Part shown: positions 1-10,529 of the stretch, one piece after another
Position numbering within the stretch: the stretch's first letter is position 1
Layout of the letters: the number at the start of each line of letters is the position of its first letter
From: an uncultured Alphaproteobacteria bacterium
GTDB lineage: Bacteria; Pseudomonadota; Alphaproteobacteria; CAAGCB01; CAG-977
Assembly: GCA_944390195.1 (NCBI GenBank)
Contig: CALXOZ010000002.1
Coordinates: forward strand, 14,380-78,379
DNA: 64,000 nt
Direction: 5' to 3'
Notes under the pieces: generated by a model
Seen by the model: only the letters and a program-made list of their open reading frames with translations
Told to the model about the DNA's origin: nothing
Databases searched by the model: none
Program-made: the position numbers and the translations under genes

Positions 1-835
1 AAAATATGGCGGTTTTGATCATAACGCCCATTCGTTGAAAATCGTAACGCAACTGGAGCAGAAATATCCACGCTTTAACGGTCTTAATTTATCGTGGGAA
101 ACGTTGGAAGGATTGGCAAAACACAATGGTCCTTTAATGGGCGGGGAACGACAAGAACCGCCGCAGGAAATAGCAGAGTATAATTTCGTTCAAGATCTGG
201 AACCGGCAGGTTTCCCCGGAGCGGAAGCTCAAATAGCTTCGTTGTCCGATGATATAGCCTATTGCAATCATGATATAGACGATGGTTTAAAAACGGGCTT
301 GATTTGTACGGAAGAACTTTTTCAAGTCGGTTTTTTCAAAGATCATTACGAGCGGACGAAAAAAGAATATCCTTATGCCGAAGGATCGAGAATTGTTTCT
401 GAAACAATCCGGCGCATGATTAATGATATGATTTTGGATGTTGCGCGAACGTCGGGTGAAATTTTACGGGATTTGCGTCCTGATAGCGTAGAAGATATCC
501 GATCGTGCGGTAAAGCCGTGATTTCTTTTTCGGAAAATATGAAAAAGCAAATGCAAGACTTGAAAAATTTTTTGTTTCCGAATATGTACCGACATTACAA
601 AATCAACCGTATGACCAGTAAAGGAAAAAGGATCGTTAAGGACTTGTTTTTTTTGCTGTTGAATGAAAATGATATTTTACCGCCGTCTTGGCAGTCGAAA
701 GTACGTCTTTGTCCTCAAGGATATGAAGGTGAAAGACACAAGGCTCGTTTAATTGCCGATTTTATCGCCGCAATGACAGACGCTTCCGCTCTTGAACTGC
801 ACGCACGGCTTTTTGATCCACAAGTGAGACTTTAA
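1..835 (+). CDS. dgt: dGTP triphosphohydrolase-like protein, C-terminal part (5' end outside window)
   Basis: The ORF is open to the window start. The C-terminal region matches the dGTPase/HD-associated domain (…LAKHNGP…HDIDDGL…). The stop is at 833-835, directly abutting the argS ATG. Confidence 0.7.
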   Translation, partial: KYGGFDHNAHSLKIVTQLEQKYPRFNGLNLSWETLEGLAKHNGPLMGGERQEPPQEIAEYNFVQDLEPAGFPGAEAQIASLSDDIAYCNHDIDDGLKTGLICTEELFQVGFFKDHYERTKKEYPYAEGSRIVSETIRRMINDMILDVARTSGEILRDLRPDSVEDIRSCGKAVISFSENMKKQMQDLKNFLFPNMYRHYKINRMTSKGKRIVKDLFFLLLNENDILPPSWQSKVRLCPQGYEGERHKARLIADFIAAMTDASALELHARLFDPQVRL

Positions 836-2587
836 ATGAATATTTTTACACATATCAGAACAACTATTTTAGAAACATTACATGAACTGGAAGAATCGGG
901 TAAAATCCCGTCAGGTCTGAACACTTCCCGTTTGGTTGCCGAACCCCCCAGAGATCCTTCTCATGGAGACGCCGCTACAAACGCCGCTATGGTTTTAAGC
1001 GCTCAAGCTAAAATGAAGCCGCGTGAGTTCGCCGCTATTTTGGCGGAAGAATTAAAAAAACTTCCAATCGTTGATCAAGTCGACATAGCCGGTCCGGGGT
1101 TTGTTAATTTGCGTTTATCCGGATCTTTTTGGATGTCGTGTTTAAAAGAAATCCTTGAAAAAGGAGATTCTTTTGGTTGTTCGGATATGGGAAAAGGGCA
1201 AAAGAAGAATGTGGAATTTGTATCGGCGAATCCGACAGGTCCGATGCATATAGGGCACAGCCGCGGCGCCGTTTTCGGAGACGCTTTGGCTTCGTTATTG
1301 GAAAAAGCGGGCTATGAGGTCACACGCGAATATTATATCAATGATGCCGGAGCTCAGGTTGATGTTTTGGCTCATTCCGTTTATTTGCGCTACCAAGAGG
1401 CTTTGGGAAAGGAAATCGGGGCTATTCCGGAAGGATTATATCCGGGAGAATATTTAATTCCCGTTGGCAGACAATTGGCGCAACAAGACGGAGAAAAGTG
1501 GTTGGATAAGCCTCAAGAGGAATGGCTTCCTTATTTCCGTCGCTTTGCTATTGATAAGATGATGGATATGATACGCGATGATTTGTCCGCTTTGGGTATT
1601 GAATTTGATGTGTTTTCTTCTGAACGGTCTTTGGTTGAATCCGGAAAAGTTGAAGAAGTCATCGAGTTTTTACGCGCAAAAGGATTGATCTACGAAGGTG
1701 TTTTAGAACCCCCGAAAGGAAAATTGCCCGACGATTGGGAACCCAGACCGCAAATTTTATTCAAAGCGACACAGTTCGGGGACGATGTCGACCGTGCTTT
1801 GAAAAAATCAAACGGCTTCCAGACGTATTTCGCTTCGGATATGGCTTATCATTTAGATAAATATCACCGTGGTTTTTGTGATATGATTGATGTCTGGGGA
1901 GCGGATCACGCCGGATATGTCAAACGTATGATGGCGGCGGTTAACGCTTTAACGGACGGTAAAGCGAAACTGGATGTGAAATTGTGCCAGATGGTTAATC
2001 TGATGTGTAACGGTGAACCGATGAAAATGTCGAAAAGAGCAGGGCGTTTTGTAACTTTGCGCGATATGGTTGACGCCGTTGGCAAAGATGTCATGCGTTT
2101 TATCATGTTAACACGCAAAAATGACGCTCATTTGGATTTCGATGTTGAAAAAGTCAAAGAACAATCGAAAGACAATCCCGTTTTTTATGTTAATTACGCT
2201 TTTGCGCGCGCCTGTTCCGTTCGCCGCAGAGCAGAAGAAATGTTCCCTGAAAGTGATTTGAGTTTGAATGCGTTGGCAAATGCGGATTTTTCTTTGTTAA
2301 CAGACGAATCGGAAATTACTTTGATCCGCCGGTTGACAGATTTTCCACGCCAAATTGAGATTGCGGCAAGCGCTCATGAACCGCATCGGATCGCTTATTA
2401 TTTGAATGATATTGCTTCAGCGTTTCACGGATTGTGGAATAAAGGGCGGGATAATACAGAATTACGGTTTTTAGAACAAGAAAAACCGGAAATATCCTTG
2501 GCTCGTTTGGCTTTGATTGAGGCTGTGGCAATTGTCATCCGGTCTGGCTTGGGGATTTTCGGTGTTGTTCCTGCAGAGGAGATGTAA
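836..2587 (+). CDS. argS: arginine--tRNA ligase
   Basis: 583 aa. Class I signature HIGH-like '[12 protein letters not shown]' and 'MKMSKRAG' (KMSKS). Length and overall architecture are typical of ArgS. Confidence 0.93.
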   Translation: MNIFTHIRTTILETLHELEESGKIPSGLNTSRLVAEPPRDPSHGDAATNAAMVLSAQAKMKPREFAAILAEELKKLPIVDQVDIAGPGFVNLRLSGSFWMSCLKEILEKGDSFGCSDMGKGQKKNVEFVSANPTGPMHIGHSRGAVFGDALASLLEKAGYEVTREYYINDAGAQVDVLAHSVYLRYQEALGKEIGAIPEGLYPGEYLIPVGRQLAQQDGEKWLDKPQEEWLPYFRRFAIDKMMDMIRDDLSALGIEFDVFSSERSLVESGKVEEVIEFLRAKGLIYEGVLEPPKGKLPDDWEPRPQILFKATQFGDDVDRALKKSNGFQTYFASDMAYHLDKYHRGFCDMIDVWGADHAGYVKRMMAAVNALTDGKAKLDVKLCQMVNLMCNGEPMKMSKRAGRFVTLRDMVDAVGKDVMRFIMLTRKNDAHLDFDVEKVKEQSKDNPVFYVNYAFARACSVRRRAEEMFPESDLSLNALANADFSLLTDESEITLIRRLTDFPRQIEIAASAHEPHRIAYYLNDIASAFHGLWNKGRDNTELRFLEQEKPEISLARLALIEAVAIVIRSGLGIFGVVPAEEM

Positions 2588-2615
2588 AGTGGCATTTCAA
2601 GATCAAGATAATGAT

Positions 2616-3500
2616 ATGTATCAAGAAGAGGACTCTTCTTCGTTCCATGTGGGTAAATTGGATCAAAATAAAAAAAGTCCGGCTATTTTTATAGGAATTT
2701 CCATCGGTGTCTTTATCGCGATTTATATTGCAGGGTTGACATTCGGGAAATATGTGTCCGTCTATTACAAGTCGGATAGTACGGATCTGCCGGTTGTTCA
2801 AGCGGATCCTGCTCCGGATGGAAGATTACCGGACACACCGGGAGGAATGGATGTGCCTAATCGGGATAAATTAGTCTATGACCGTTTGAAAAAAAGTGAT
2901 GCGAATTTGCCCGTGGAGCGTTTATTGCCAGCAATGGAAAAACCAGTCCAACCGGAGCCGTCAACTCCTTCCAAAGAGAGCGGTGAGGATAAAGATTTGA
3001 TTGGTCAATTGGCAGCAAATCTTTTAGCTGAAGAGGAAGGACAAGCGGCTGCTGTCGTTTATGAAGAGGATGGAACGCCGGTTGAAGTCATGTTCAAGTC
3101 TCAGCAAACAGAACATTCGCAGGAAAAGCAAGCTGCAGAAGAAAATACTCAAGAAAGCATTAATCAGGGAAATAAAGAAAAAGACCTTAAAGAAGGTACA
3201 GGCGATAAAGATGACGGACAAAGTCCGAAAAACGATATCAGACCTTTTGAACCGGAAGTTTTTTATTCTGTTCAATTGGTGTCGACCCGAACGGATAGTG
3301 CTGCGGAAAAAGAATGGGAACGCCTGTCTGAAAAATTTAAAGGGATTATTTCAGAATTGCCGCACTTTATAACCAAGACGGTTGTTTCAAACGGCACGTT
3401 TTACCGTTTGCGTGTGGGGCAATTTGAAACGCATGAAGAGGCAAAAGCTTTGTGTGATCAGTTGAAAACTAAAAAACAGGAGTGTTTCGTTGTTAAATGA
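2616..3500 (+). CDS. SPOR domain-containing membrane protein
   Basis: N-terminal TM helix (IFIGISIGVFIAIYIAGL), a long acidic/Lys-rich linker, and a C-terminal SPOR fold (VFYSVQLVSTRTDSAAEKEW…FYRLRVGQFETHEEAKALCDQL). The start is uncertain: ATG 2616 or GTG 2589 right after the argS stop. The ORF-track start at 2517 overlaps argS and is rejected. Confidence 0.75.
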   Translation: MYQEEDSSSFHVGKLDQNKKSPAIFIGISIGVFIAIYIAGLTFGKYVSVYYKSDSTDLPVVQADPAPDGRLPDTPGGMDVPNRDKLVYDRLKKSDANLPVERLLPAMEKPVQPEPSTPSKESGEDKDLIGQLAANLLAEEEGQAAAVVYEEDGTPVEVMFKSQQTEHSQEKQAAEENTQESINQGNKEKDLKEGTGDKDDGQSPKNDIRPFEPEVFYSVQLVSTRTDSAAEKEWERLSEKFKGIISELPHFITKTVVSNGTFYRLRVGQFETHEEAKALCDQLKTKKQECFVVK

Positions 3501-4521
3501 GTACCCATCAGCTGTAATTTTCGGCTGTTCCGGTTTGGCTTTGACCAAAGAGGAAAAAGAATTTTTTGAACGTGTCAATCCGCTTGGATTTATTTTGTTT
3601 TCCAGAAACATAGCAACACCGGATCAACTGAAGACTTTAATCCAGTCGTTAAAAGAAACGGTAAAAAGAGAAGACGCCCCCATTCTGATAGATCAGGAAG
3701 GAGGGCGTGTTTCGCGTTTAAAATCAACTTATTGGCAAAAATATCCGCCGGTACGGGTTTTCGGGGATATGTATGAAAAAGATAAAGCTTCAGCCCTGAA
3801 ATCCGTCCACGATGTTTTTCGTTTGATAGGTCATGATTTGCAAAAATTAGGGATTAATGTCGATTGTGCGCCGGTCTTGGATGTTCCTGTCGAAGGATCG
3901 AACGAAAATATATTGGGAGACAGGACTTTTTCAACTGATCCTCATACGATCGGGGTTTTGGGAAATGCCGTTTGTCAAGGGCTGATGGAAGAAGGGGTAT
4001 TGCCCGTCATAAAACATATTCCGGGACATGGTCGGGCTTTTGTGGACAGCCATTTTGAATTGCCGAAAGTCGATGCCGATCTTGAAACACTGAAAAAAAC
4101 GGACTTTATGCCGTTCAAATGTTTGTCATCGGCACCATGGGCAATGACGGCGCATGTTTTGTATACATCTTTAGACGCTCATAAACCGGCTTCTTTGTCT
4201 GAAAAAATCATTCACGACATTATTCGCAATGAAATCGGCTTCAATGGCTTTTTGGTTTGTGACGATTTGTCGATGAAAGCTTTAAAAGGAAGTTTGTCCG
4301 ACTTGACAACCGAAGTGTTGGCGGCAGGATGTGATGCCGTCTTGCATTGTAACGGGAATATGGATGAAATGGACAGGATTGCTTCCGTTATCGAACCGTT
4401 ATCCGCCAGATCCATGGAACGGTTTGTTGCGGCTCAAGAGGCACGCCGGAAAGCTTTGGAACACGCTTGCCCGTTTGATTATAAAGCGGCAAGGGCGGAA
4501 TTGTCGGAAAAAACGGCATGA
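3490..4521 (+). CDS. nagZ: beta-N-acetylhexosaminidase (GH3)
   Basis: 343 aa. 'ILIDQEGGRVSRL' and 'KHIPGHGRAFVDSHFELP' motifs of NagZ. Apparent TTG start overlapping the SPOR gene stop. Confidence 0.88.
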   Translation: MLNEYPSAVIFGCSGLALTKEEKEFFERVNPLGFILFSRNIATPDQLKTLIQSLKETVKREDAPILIDQEGGRVSRLKSTYWQKYPPVRVFGDMYEKDKASALKSVHDVFRLIGHDLQKLGINVDCAPVLDVPVEGSNENILGDRTFSTDPHTIGVLGNAVCQGLMEEGVLPVIKHIPGHGRAFVDSHFELPKVDADLETLKKTDFMPFKCLSSAPWAMTAHVLYTSLDAHKPASLSEKIIHDIIRNEIGFNGFLVCDDLSMKALKGSLSDLTTEVLAAGCDAVLHCNGNMDEMDRIASVIEPLSARSMERFVAAQEARRKALEHACPFDYKAARAELSEKTA

Positions 4522-5207
4522 GTGCTTTTGATACGCTGTTGTCTTTTCTGGAAGCCGCCATACCAGTTGTTTTGGCAATCGTGTTGCATGAAATAGCTCA
4601 TGGTTGTGTCGCCTTTTATTTCGGTGACACAACCGCAAAGGACATGAAACGCTTGTCGTTAAACCCTTTACGTCATGTCGATCCAGTCGGAACGTTGTTG
4701 TTCCCGTTGATATTGATATTGACGAATACGCCTTTTATTTTCGGGTGGGCAAAACCTGTTCCTGTAAATTTCAACCGGTTGAAAAATCCTAAAAAAGATA
4801 TGTTTTGGGTCGCCTTAGCCGGTCCGGCAATGAATTTCATTTTGGCTATGCTGTGTTTTTTGATCATCAGTTTATCCAAAAATGTTTTTCATCTTGCTTT
4901 ATCGAATGGCGTTTTCGCAATTTTAGTCAACATGATTGTGTTTAATTTTTCGATTATGCTGTTTAATTTAATCCCCGTGTTACCGTTGGATGGAGGACGG
5001 ATATTGGTATCTTTGCTGCCTTACCCTTTAGCGTTTCATTTTGCTAAAACGGAAAAATACGGGTTTATAGTCATTGCTTTATTGTTGATTTTTCTTCCGG
5101 TTTTGGGCGATCATACAGGGTATGATTTAAATTTTATAGCTTATTTTTTATCCGGAGGCGTTCGCGCACTGTTTAAGTTTTTTGCCGGATTTTTCGGGTT
5201 GGCATAA
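4518..5207 (+). CDS. site-2 protease family (peptidase M50) membrane metalloprotease
   Basis: 229 aa polytopic membrane protein with 'HEIAHG' (HExxH) in TM1 and a downstream 'LPLDGG' motif. Start ATGA overlaps the nagZ stop. Confidence 0.75.
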   Translation: MSAFDTLLSFLEAAIPVVLAIVLHEIAHGCVAFYFGDTTAKDMKRLSLNPLRHVDPVGTLLFPLILILTNTPFIFGWAKPVPVNFNRLKNPKKDMFWVALAGPAMNFILAMLCFLIISLSKNVFHLALSNGVFAILVNMIVFNFSIMLFNLIPVLPLDGGRILVSLLPYPLAFHFAKTEKYGFIVIALLLIFLPVLGDHTGYDLNFIAYFLSGGVRALFKFFAGFFGLA

Positions 5208-5219
5208 GGAGGCGGAGTT

Positions 5220-5408
5220 ATGAGTATAGGCTTTTTTCAATTACTGATTATTTTATTGATTATATTGGTTTTATTCGGTCGCGGAAAATTGCCGGCATTG
5301 GCGGAAGATTTGGGAAAAAGTGTCAGCTCCTTTAAAAAGGGGTTGAATGAGGGCAAAGAGGATACTGTCATAGAAAAAATAGAAGATAAAACGCCAAAGG
5401 ATGAATAA
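5220..5408 (+). CDS. tatA: twin-arginine translocase subunit TatA
   Basis: 62 aa. N-terminal TM followed by 'FGRGKLPALAEDLGKSVSSFKKG' amphipathic helix. RBS AAGGAGG lies 7 nt upstream. Confidence 0.9.
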   Translation: MSIGFFQLLIILLIILVLFGRGKLPALAEDLGKSVSSFKKGLNEGKEDTVIEKIEDKTPKDE

Positions 5409-5411
5409 TTC

Positions 5412-5672
5412 GTGTTTGGGATCAGTTCGACGGAATTTGCTGTTATAATGGTCATTGCCTTGTTGGTGGTCGGTCCGAAGCAATTGCCGGATGTTTTGCG
5501 TATTTTGGGTAGGCTGTACAGGAAATTGAATTATTTTATAAAGAACGCATCGCAAGTTATTGATGATGCGTTATATGATTCCGATCGGATTGCGGAAAAA
5601 GCTGAAAAAGCCTTGTATGAAGATAAAGATCTGTCAGTGAAGCGAAAGGAAGATAAGATATCGGATGAATAA
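5412..5672 (+). CDS. tatB: twin-arginine translocase subunit TatB
   Basis: 86 aa. 'MFGISSTEFAVIMVIALLVVGPKQLPDVLRILGR' is typical of TatB. GTG start 4 nt after the tatA stop. Confidence 0.85.
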   Translation: MFGISSTEFAVIMVIALLVVGPKQLPDVLRILGRLYRKLNYFIKNASQVIDDALYDSDRIAEKAEKALYEDKDLSVKRKEDKISDE

Positions 5673-6474
5673 TGAAGTGTTACCTCCTGATTTATCAGAA
5701 GAAAATAATTCTTCTGAAAAGGTGATGACATGGGTTGGACACCTGACGGAATTGCGTGAACGCCTTTTAAGAGTGTGTTTGTTTTTTGTTTTAGCCTTTA
5801 TCATTTTATACCCGTGTTCCGATAAGATTTTGAATTTATTAATGTATCCTTTGGCGCGGACGATGCAAAGCACGGGAGGATCTCAGCGTGTGATTTTTAC
5901 CGGTTTGGCGGAAGGCTTTCTCACCCATTTGAAATTGGCCGGTTTTGGTGCCGTTTTACTGACTTTTCCATATCTTGCATATCAAGTCTGGCGTTTTATT
6001 TCGCCGGGATTGTATGAAAGCGAACGCAAATTTGTCCGTCCTGTTTTTATAGCTTCTCCCGTTTTATTTATTTTGGGCGGTGTTTTTGTGTTTTTTGTTT
6101 TAACGCCTGTCGCTTTCAAGTTTTTATTGTCGTTTCAACAGCTGAATGCCGGTGCAGATGTGTTGCCGGTTGTTTTGGAGGCGCGTTTGAGTGAATACTT
6201 GTCTTTTTTGACGAGCCTGATATTGGCATTCGGATTTAGTTTTCAGTTACCGGTTGTTTTGGTTGTATTGGGGCGTCTTGGGATAATAACGGCTCAAGAT
6301 TTAAAGGGCTTCAGACGTTATGCCATTGTTTTTATTTTTATCGCCGGAGCTGTTTTAACGCCTCCGGATGTGGTTAGTCAGTTCGCGTTGGCTTTACCAT
6401 TACTGTTTTTGTATGAAAGCGCTGTTTGGTATATTCAATCCCTTGAAAAGAAAACGGATCAGGGCTATAAGTAA
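5665..6474 (+). CDS. tatC: twin-arginine translocase subunit TatC
   Basis: 269 aa with 6 predicted TMs. 'HLTELRERLLR' N-terminal motif. ATGA overlap with tatB. Confidence 0.9.
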   Translation: MNNEVLPPDLSEENNSSEKVMTWVGHLTELRERLLRVCLFFVLAFIILYPCSDKILNLLMYPLARTMQSTGGSQRVIFTGLAEGFLTHLKLAGFGAVLLTFPYLAYQVWRFISPGLYESERKFVRPVFIASPVLFILGGVFVFFVLTPVAFKFLLSFQQLNAGADVLPVVLEARLSEYLSFLTSLILAFGFSFQLPVVLVVLGRLGIITAQDLKGFRRYAIVFIFIAGAVLTPPDVVSQFALALPLLFLYESAVWYIQSLEKKTDQGYK

Positions 6475-6502
6475 ATAAATTTTTTTCTTTTAGGAGTCAT
6501 TG

Positions 6503-7780
6503 ATGTACGATATTAAATGGATTAGAGAAAACCCGGAGTTGTTTGATAAAGGTCTTGAACGCCGTGGAATGCCGCCCCGTTCGGCTGAAGTTTTGGAATT
6601 GGATAAGAAATATCGTTCGTCTCAGACTGATTTGCAGGAAATGCAGTCTCGTCGAAACGATCTGTCCCGTCAAGTCGCGGAAGTGAAAAAAGCCGGCGGT
6701 GATGCAGACGTTTTGATGCATGAAGTTGGTGCATTGAAACGCAGTATGGCGGATACGGAAGAAGATGTCCGGATTTTATATGAAAAGATTGATGCCATTT
6801 TGGAAACCTTGCCCAATTATCCGGCCGAAGACATTCCTGACGGTTTGGATGAAACGACAAACCGTGAAATTCGTCGTTGGGGGGAACCTCGCCAGTTTGA
6901 TTTCAAACCTTTGGAACATGACGAAATCGGCGCCAAATTGTCCATGATGGATTTTGATCAGGCCGCAAAAGTTTCAGGAGCTCGATTCGTTTATTTGATG
7001 GGCGATTTGGCAAGATTGGAAAGGGCTTTGGCTCAATATATGCTTGACTTGCATCGTGAAAAGCATGGTTATCTTGAAATGGAAGTTCCTTTGATGGTCA
7101 ACAGCGGTGCTGTCTATGGGACGGCTCAATTGCCGAAATTTGCTCAGGACTTGTATCATACGACCGATGATTATTGGTTGATTCCAACAGCAGAAGTCAG
7201 TCTGACGAACTTTGTCGCGGGTAAAGTGGTTGACGAAGCCGTTTTACCGATGCGTTTAACGGCATTGACGCCTTGTTTCCGTTCTGAAGCCGGTGCTGCG
7301 GGAAAAGATACGCGTGGTATGATCCGTCAGCATCAATTTTACAAAGTTGAAATGGTTTCGATTACCACACCGGAACAGTCTTGGGACGAACATGAACACA
7401 TGACCAGTTGCGCCGAAGATGTGTTGAAAGGATTAAACCTGCCATATCGTGTTGTTTGTTTGTCTGCCGGAGATATGGGATTTTCCGCATGTAAAACCCA
7501 CGATCTGGAAGTGTGGATGCCGGGGCAAAACAAGTATCGTGAAATTTCAAGCGTTTCCAATTGCTGGGATTTCCAAGCAAGGCGCATGGATGCTCGTTGT
7601 AAAAACAAAGCCCAAAAAGGAACACGTTTCGTTCATACGTTAAACGGTTCTGGGGTCGCTGTCGGACGTGCTATGATTGCCGTGATGGAAAATTATCAAC
7701 AAGCCGATGGCAGTGTGCTCATTCCCGAAGCCTTGCAAAAATACATGGGTGGGCAAACAGTTATAACCGCTGGAAAATAA
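6503..7780 (+). CDS. serS: serine--tRNA ligase
   Basis: N-terminal coiled-coil arm plus a class II core with motifs 2/3 (…FRSEAG…, …[16 protein letters not shown]…). ATG at 6503 is preceded by AGGAG. Confidence 0.93.
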   Translation: MYDIKWIRENPELFDKGLERRGMPPRSAEVLELDKKYRSSQTDLQEMQSRRNDLSRQVAEVKKAGGDADVLMHEVGALKRSMADTEEDVRILYEKIDAILETLPNYPAEDIPDGLDETTNREIRRWGEPRQFDFKPLEHDEIGAKLSMMDFDQAAKVSGARFVYLMGDLARLERALAQYMLDLHREKHGYLEMEVPLMVNSGAVYGTAQLPKFAQDLYHTTDDYWLIPTAEVSLTNFVAGKVVDEAVLPMRLTALTPCFRSEAGAAGKDTRGMIRQHQFYKVEMVSITTPEQSWDEHEHMTSCAEDVLKGLNLPYRVVCLSAGDMGFSACKTHDLEVWMPGQNKYREISSVSNCWDFQARRMDARCKNKAQKGTRFVHTLNGSGVAVGRAMIAVMENYQQADGSVLIPEALQKYMGGQTVITAGK

Positions 7781-7792
7781 AAAGGGGAAGGG

Positions 7793-8554
7793 ATGGGCAA
7801 TCTTAGTCAGTCCAGAATTCTGATTTGCAATGATGATGGTATTCAGGCAAAGGGAATACAAGTACTTGAAAGGGTTGCCCGTCTTTTTTCCGATGATGTC
7901 TGGGTTGTTGCGCCGCAAACGGAACAAAGCGGGAAATCTCACAGCTTTACAATAGGGACGGATTTAATTGCGAAACGTGTCGCAGAACGGCATTTTTCAG
8001 TTGCTGGAACGCCGACCGATTGCGTATTGTTTGCTTGTAACGTATTAATGAAAGATAAAAAACCCGATTTCGTTTTGTCCGGAATAAACCACGGTGAAAA
8101 TGTCGGTTTGGATTTGCTGTATTCGGGAACGGTCGGTATTGCTTTGGAAGGGGCTTTGCAGGGGGCGAAATCTTTTGCGTTCAGTTTGGCCGGAGCTAAA
8201 AAAACAAGTGATTTCTGGGATATAACGGAACGTCGTGCCGAACAGGTTTTTTCATATTTCGCCGATTTCAGAGAAGCGGATTTTTTAAATGTCAATTTTC
8301 CTGCAACCGCTTCTTTAGCACCTGTAAAATTGACAACGGTTGCGGATCGTAAAATCGGAGATGACATAAAAGTGCTGTTGAATGAAAATGAAAAGATTGT
8401 ATTTTCCATTCAATCGACGCGTTCGGATTATCAAAAAAATGATATGACTGATGCAGAAGCAATAGAAAACGGTTTTGTTTCGATAACTCCGGTTCAAGTT
8501 AAATTATTCCAGCCCGCTTTTTTAAATAATAGCGTTTCTTTGGTTACTGGATAG
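7793..8554 (+). CDS. surE: 5'/3'-nucleotidase SurE
   Basis: 253 aa. 'ILICNDDGIQAKGIQ' N-terminal SurE signature and 'GINHGENVG' motif. Confidence 0.9.
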   Translation: MGNLSQSRILICNDDGIQAKGIQVLERVARLFSDDVWVVAPQTEQSGKSHSFTIGTDLIAKRVAERHFSVAGTPTDCVLFACNVLMKDKKPDFVLSGINHGENVGLDLLYSGTVGIALEGALQGAKSFAFSLAGAKKTSDFWDITERRAEQVFSYFADFREADFLNVNFPATASLAPVKLTTVADRKIGDDIKVLLNENEKIVFSIQSTRSDYQKNDMTDAEAIENGFVSITPVQVKLFQPAFLNNSVSLVTG

Positions 8555-8572
8555 TCTTTGTATGAGAATAAT

Positions 8573-8595
8573 GTCTTTATTATTATAATAAAGAC
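8573..8595. terminator. AT-rich perfect palindrome between convergent surE and an 86-aa gene (possible bidirectional terminator)
   Basis: gtctttattattataataaagac forms a 10-bp stem. There is no strong U-tract. Confidence 0.35.
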
Positions 8596-8674
8596 TGGAT
8601 TTGAAAAAACGCGCCACGAATTAAAATAAAAAACGCAAATTTAAAAGAAATTTTGCAAGGACGACGAAAGTTGT

Positions 8675-8935
8675 TCAGTCTTCCAATTTCATACGCAGAA
8701 AACGCATGAAATCCGCTTTGTCATAAGGGGGATCGAATTTTTCCAACGCCTCATCAACGGCTTTGTTGATTTCGCGTTCGGAGGCATTATCATAAGTCAT
8801 CTTTAATTGGTTGACCAGTTGTTCTCTTTGAGATTCTTGATCAGGCGAAAAAGAATTCTGATCAATATTATTTTGTTGTTGTTTTTGTTGAATTTTTTGT
8901 TGAGCTTCTTCCAACCAAGACATACACCCCTCCAT
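8675..8935 (-). CDS. hypothetical small acidic protein (last gene of the hydF transcript)
   Basis: 86 aa ORF with Gln-rich and acidic composition. It sits tightly downstream of the 95-aa gene (4-nt gap). No recognisable family. Confidence 0.4.
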   Translation of the reverse strand: MEGCMSWLEEAQQKIQQKQQQNNIDQNSFSPDQESQREQLVNQLKMTYDNASEREINKAVDEALEKFDPPYDKADFMRFLRMKLED

Positions 8936-8939
8936 TGTT

Positions 8940-9227
8940 TTAAGGTGTCAATTCCATTCCGGTGTAATAACATTGCCGTGTATCAATATCTCTTTCTTTG
9001 ATTTCATTTAAAGCGGCTTCTCGGATATGCTTATGTCTCCAATTTTTAGTCCCTTGGCATAAATCTTTCAAGGGAGCCTTTTGCGCCCATTCTTTTGCCT
9101 CAATCGGTAGTGCGTATTCTTTTTCATAAAAAGGTTGAAGGGTTGACGGGTCGTTGTGGCCGCAACAGGCAAGCAGACAGCAAGAAGCTACAAAAAGAGT
9201 GTTTTTTAAAAGAATATTTTGACTCAT
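8940..9227 (-). CDS. hypothetical small Cys-rich lipoprotein/secreted protein
   Basis: 95 aa. Signal peptide with lipobox-like LLAC|C and 6 Cys. The start overlaps the hydF stop (ATGA), implying translational coupling. Confidence 0.5.
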   Translation of the reverse strand: MSQNILLKNTLFVASCCLLACCGHNDPSTLQPFYEKEYALPIEAKEWAQKAPLKDLCQGTKNWRHKHIREAALNEIKERDIDTRQCYYTGMELTP

Positions 9228-10419
9228 AGGTACATCTCAAACGGTTTGATAACGCGATCCAAGACCCCCTGCATGGCGGAAAGGGTCATTCCGAAGTTTG
9301 TAACAGGGACATGATTACGCTGGCATTCATGAATTCTCCGTAAAGTTTCCAATCGTGACAGCATACACCCCCCACAGTGAATAACAAGTTTAAATTGATT
9401 AAGATTTTCAGGAAAGTCCGTTCCTGCCGACCATTCAAAAATAATATTCTTGTTCAGAACTTTTTTAATGACGGCGGGAATTTTTTTTCGTGCAATGTCA
9501 TCGTCTTGGACATGGTGAGAACAAGCTTCAGCAATCAAGACACGATCATTGTCCTTGAGAAGTTGCAATTGTTTCGCCCCATCGTAAAAAGATTTGAGAT
9601 CTCCTTTATAACGGGCGAACAAGGTTGAAAAAGTCGTTAAAGGGACGGATTGTGGAACAACGGTATCAACCTGTCGTATCAATTGAGAATCCGTAATGAC
9701 CAAAGACGGCGGGTTTTTGAGATTTTCTAAGATATTTAAAAAATCGGAATGATTCTGAACGACATACGCATAAGCGTGCGCATCCAAGATGTCTCTGATG
9801 ACCTGGACTTGAGGCAGGATCAATCGCCCTTTCGGCGCGGAAGAATCAATAGGAGCGATACAAACGACTGTTTGGTTTTCTTTTATCAGGTCTCGAACCA
9901 GATCCGGATGAGGTTTGAGATGCTTGGATAAGACGTTTTTGATTAAAGTTTTTAATCCGTCGATATTTTGGTGGTTTAAAGCGGAAACGCGAATGGACGG
10001 GAAAGACGGGGATTCAGATGGATTTAAGCTGTTTTTATCACTTTTATTAAAGACGACAATAAAGGGGATTTTTAAATCGTCGAACTTTTTGATTAAATCC
10101 AGTTCATGTGTTTGGATTCCCGTTTCGTCGACAACCAATAAAGCGATATCGACTTTGTTAAGGATTTTTTTTGTGGCGGCGATTCTCAAAGATCCGATTT
10201 CTGCAGTGTCATCTATGCCGGCGGTATCAAAGAAAGTAACCGGACCGACTGGGATTAATTCATAAATTTTTGAAACGGCGTCGGTTGTCGTTCCGGGAGT
10301 GTCGGAAACGATTGAAACCTGTTGATTGCACATAGCGTTTAACAAAGAAGATTTTCCGGCGTTTCTTCTGCCAAACAAGCCAATATTGATCCGTTCGCCA
10401 CGAGGTGCTGTCTGCATGA
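9224..10419 (-). CDS. hydF: [FeFe]-hydrogenase maturation GTPase HydF-like
   Basis: G1 'GRRNAGKSS', G3 'DTAG', G4 'NKSD'. The C-terminal 'CSHH-(about 45 aa)-HCGGC' matches the HydF FeS-binding motif CxHx44-53HCxxC. Start taken at the second ATG (MQTAPRG…) with an AAAGGA RBS; the ORF track extends to 10444. Confidence 0.75.
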
Positions 10420-10529
10420 TAAATCCTTTAAAAAAAAGAATCACTTTTCTCTTTCTTTATACCTTTTTTTAGCTTTTATCTGAAAAAATATTTTCAAATA
10501 AATTTTTTATTTTTCAGGTGTAGTTTAAT

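Noticed and set aside
2517-2615. ORF-track start of the SPOR gene at 2517 overlapping 70 bp of argS
   Set aside because: The overlap is implausible. GTG 2589 or ATG 2616 directly after the argS stop give a sensible N-terminus.
3024-3372. Overlapping ORFs 3024-3275 (minus) and 3061-3372 (plus) inside the SPOR gene
   Set aside because: They arise from the Lys/Glu-rich low-complexity linker region of the SPOR gene. They are out-of-frame artefacts.
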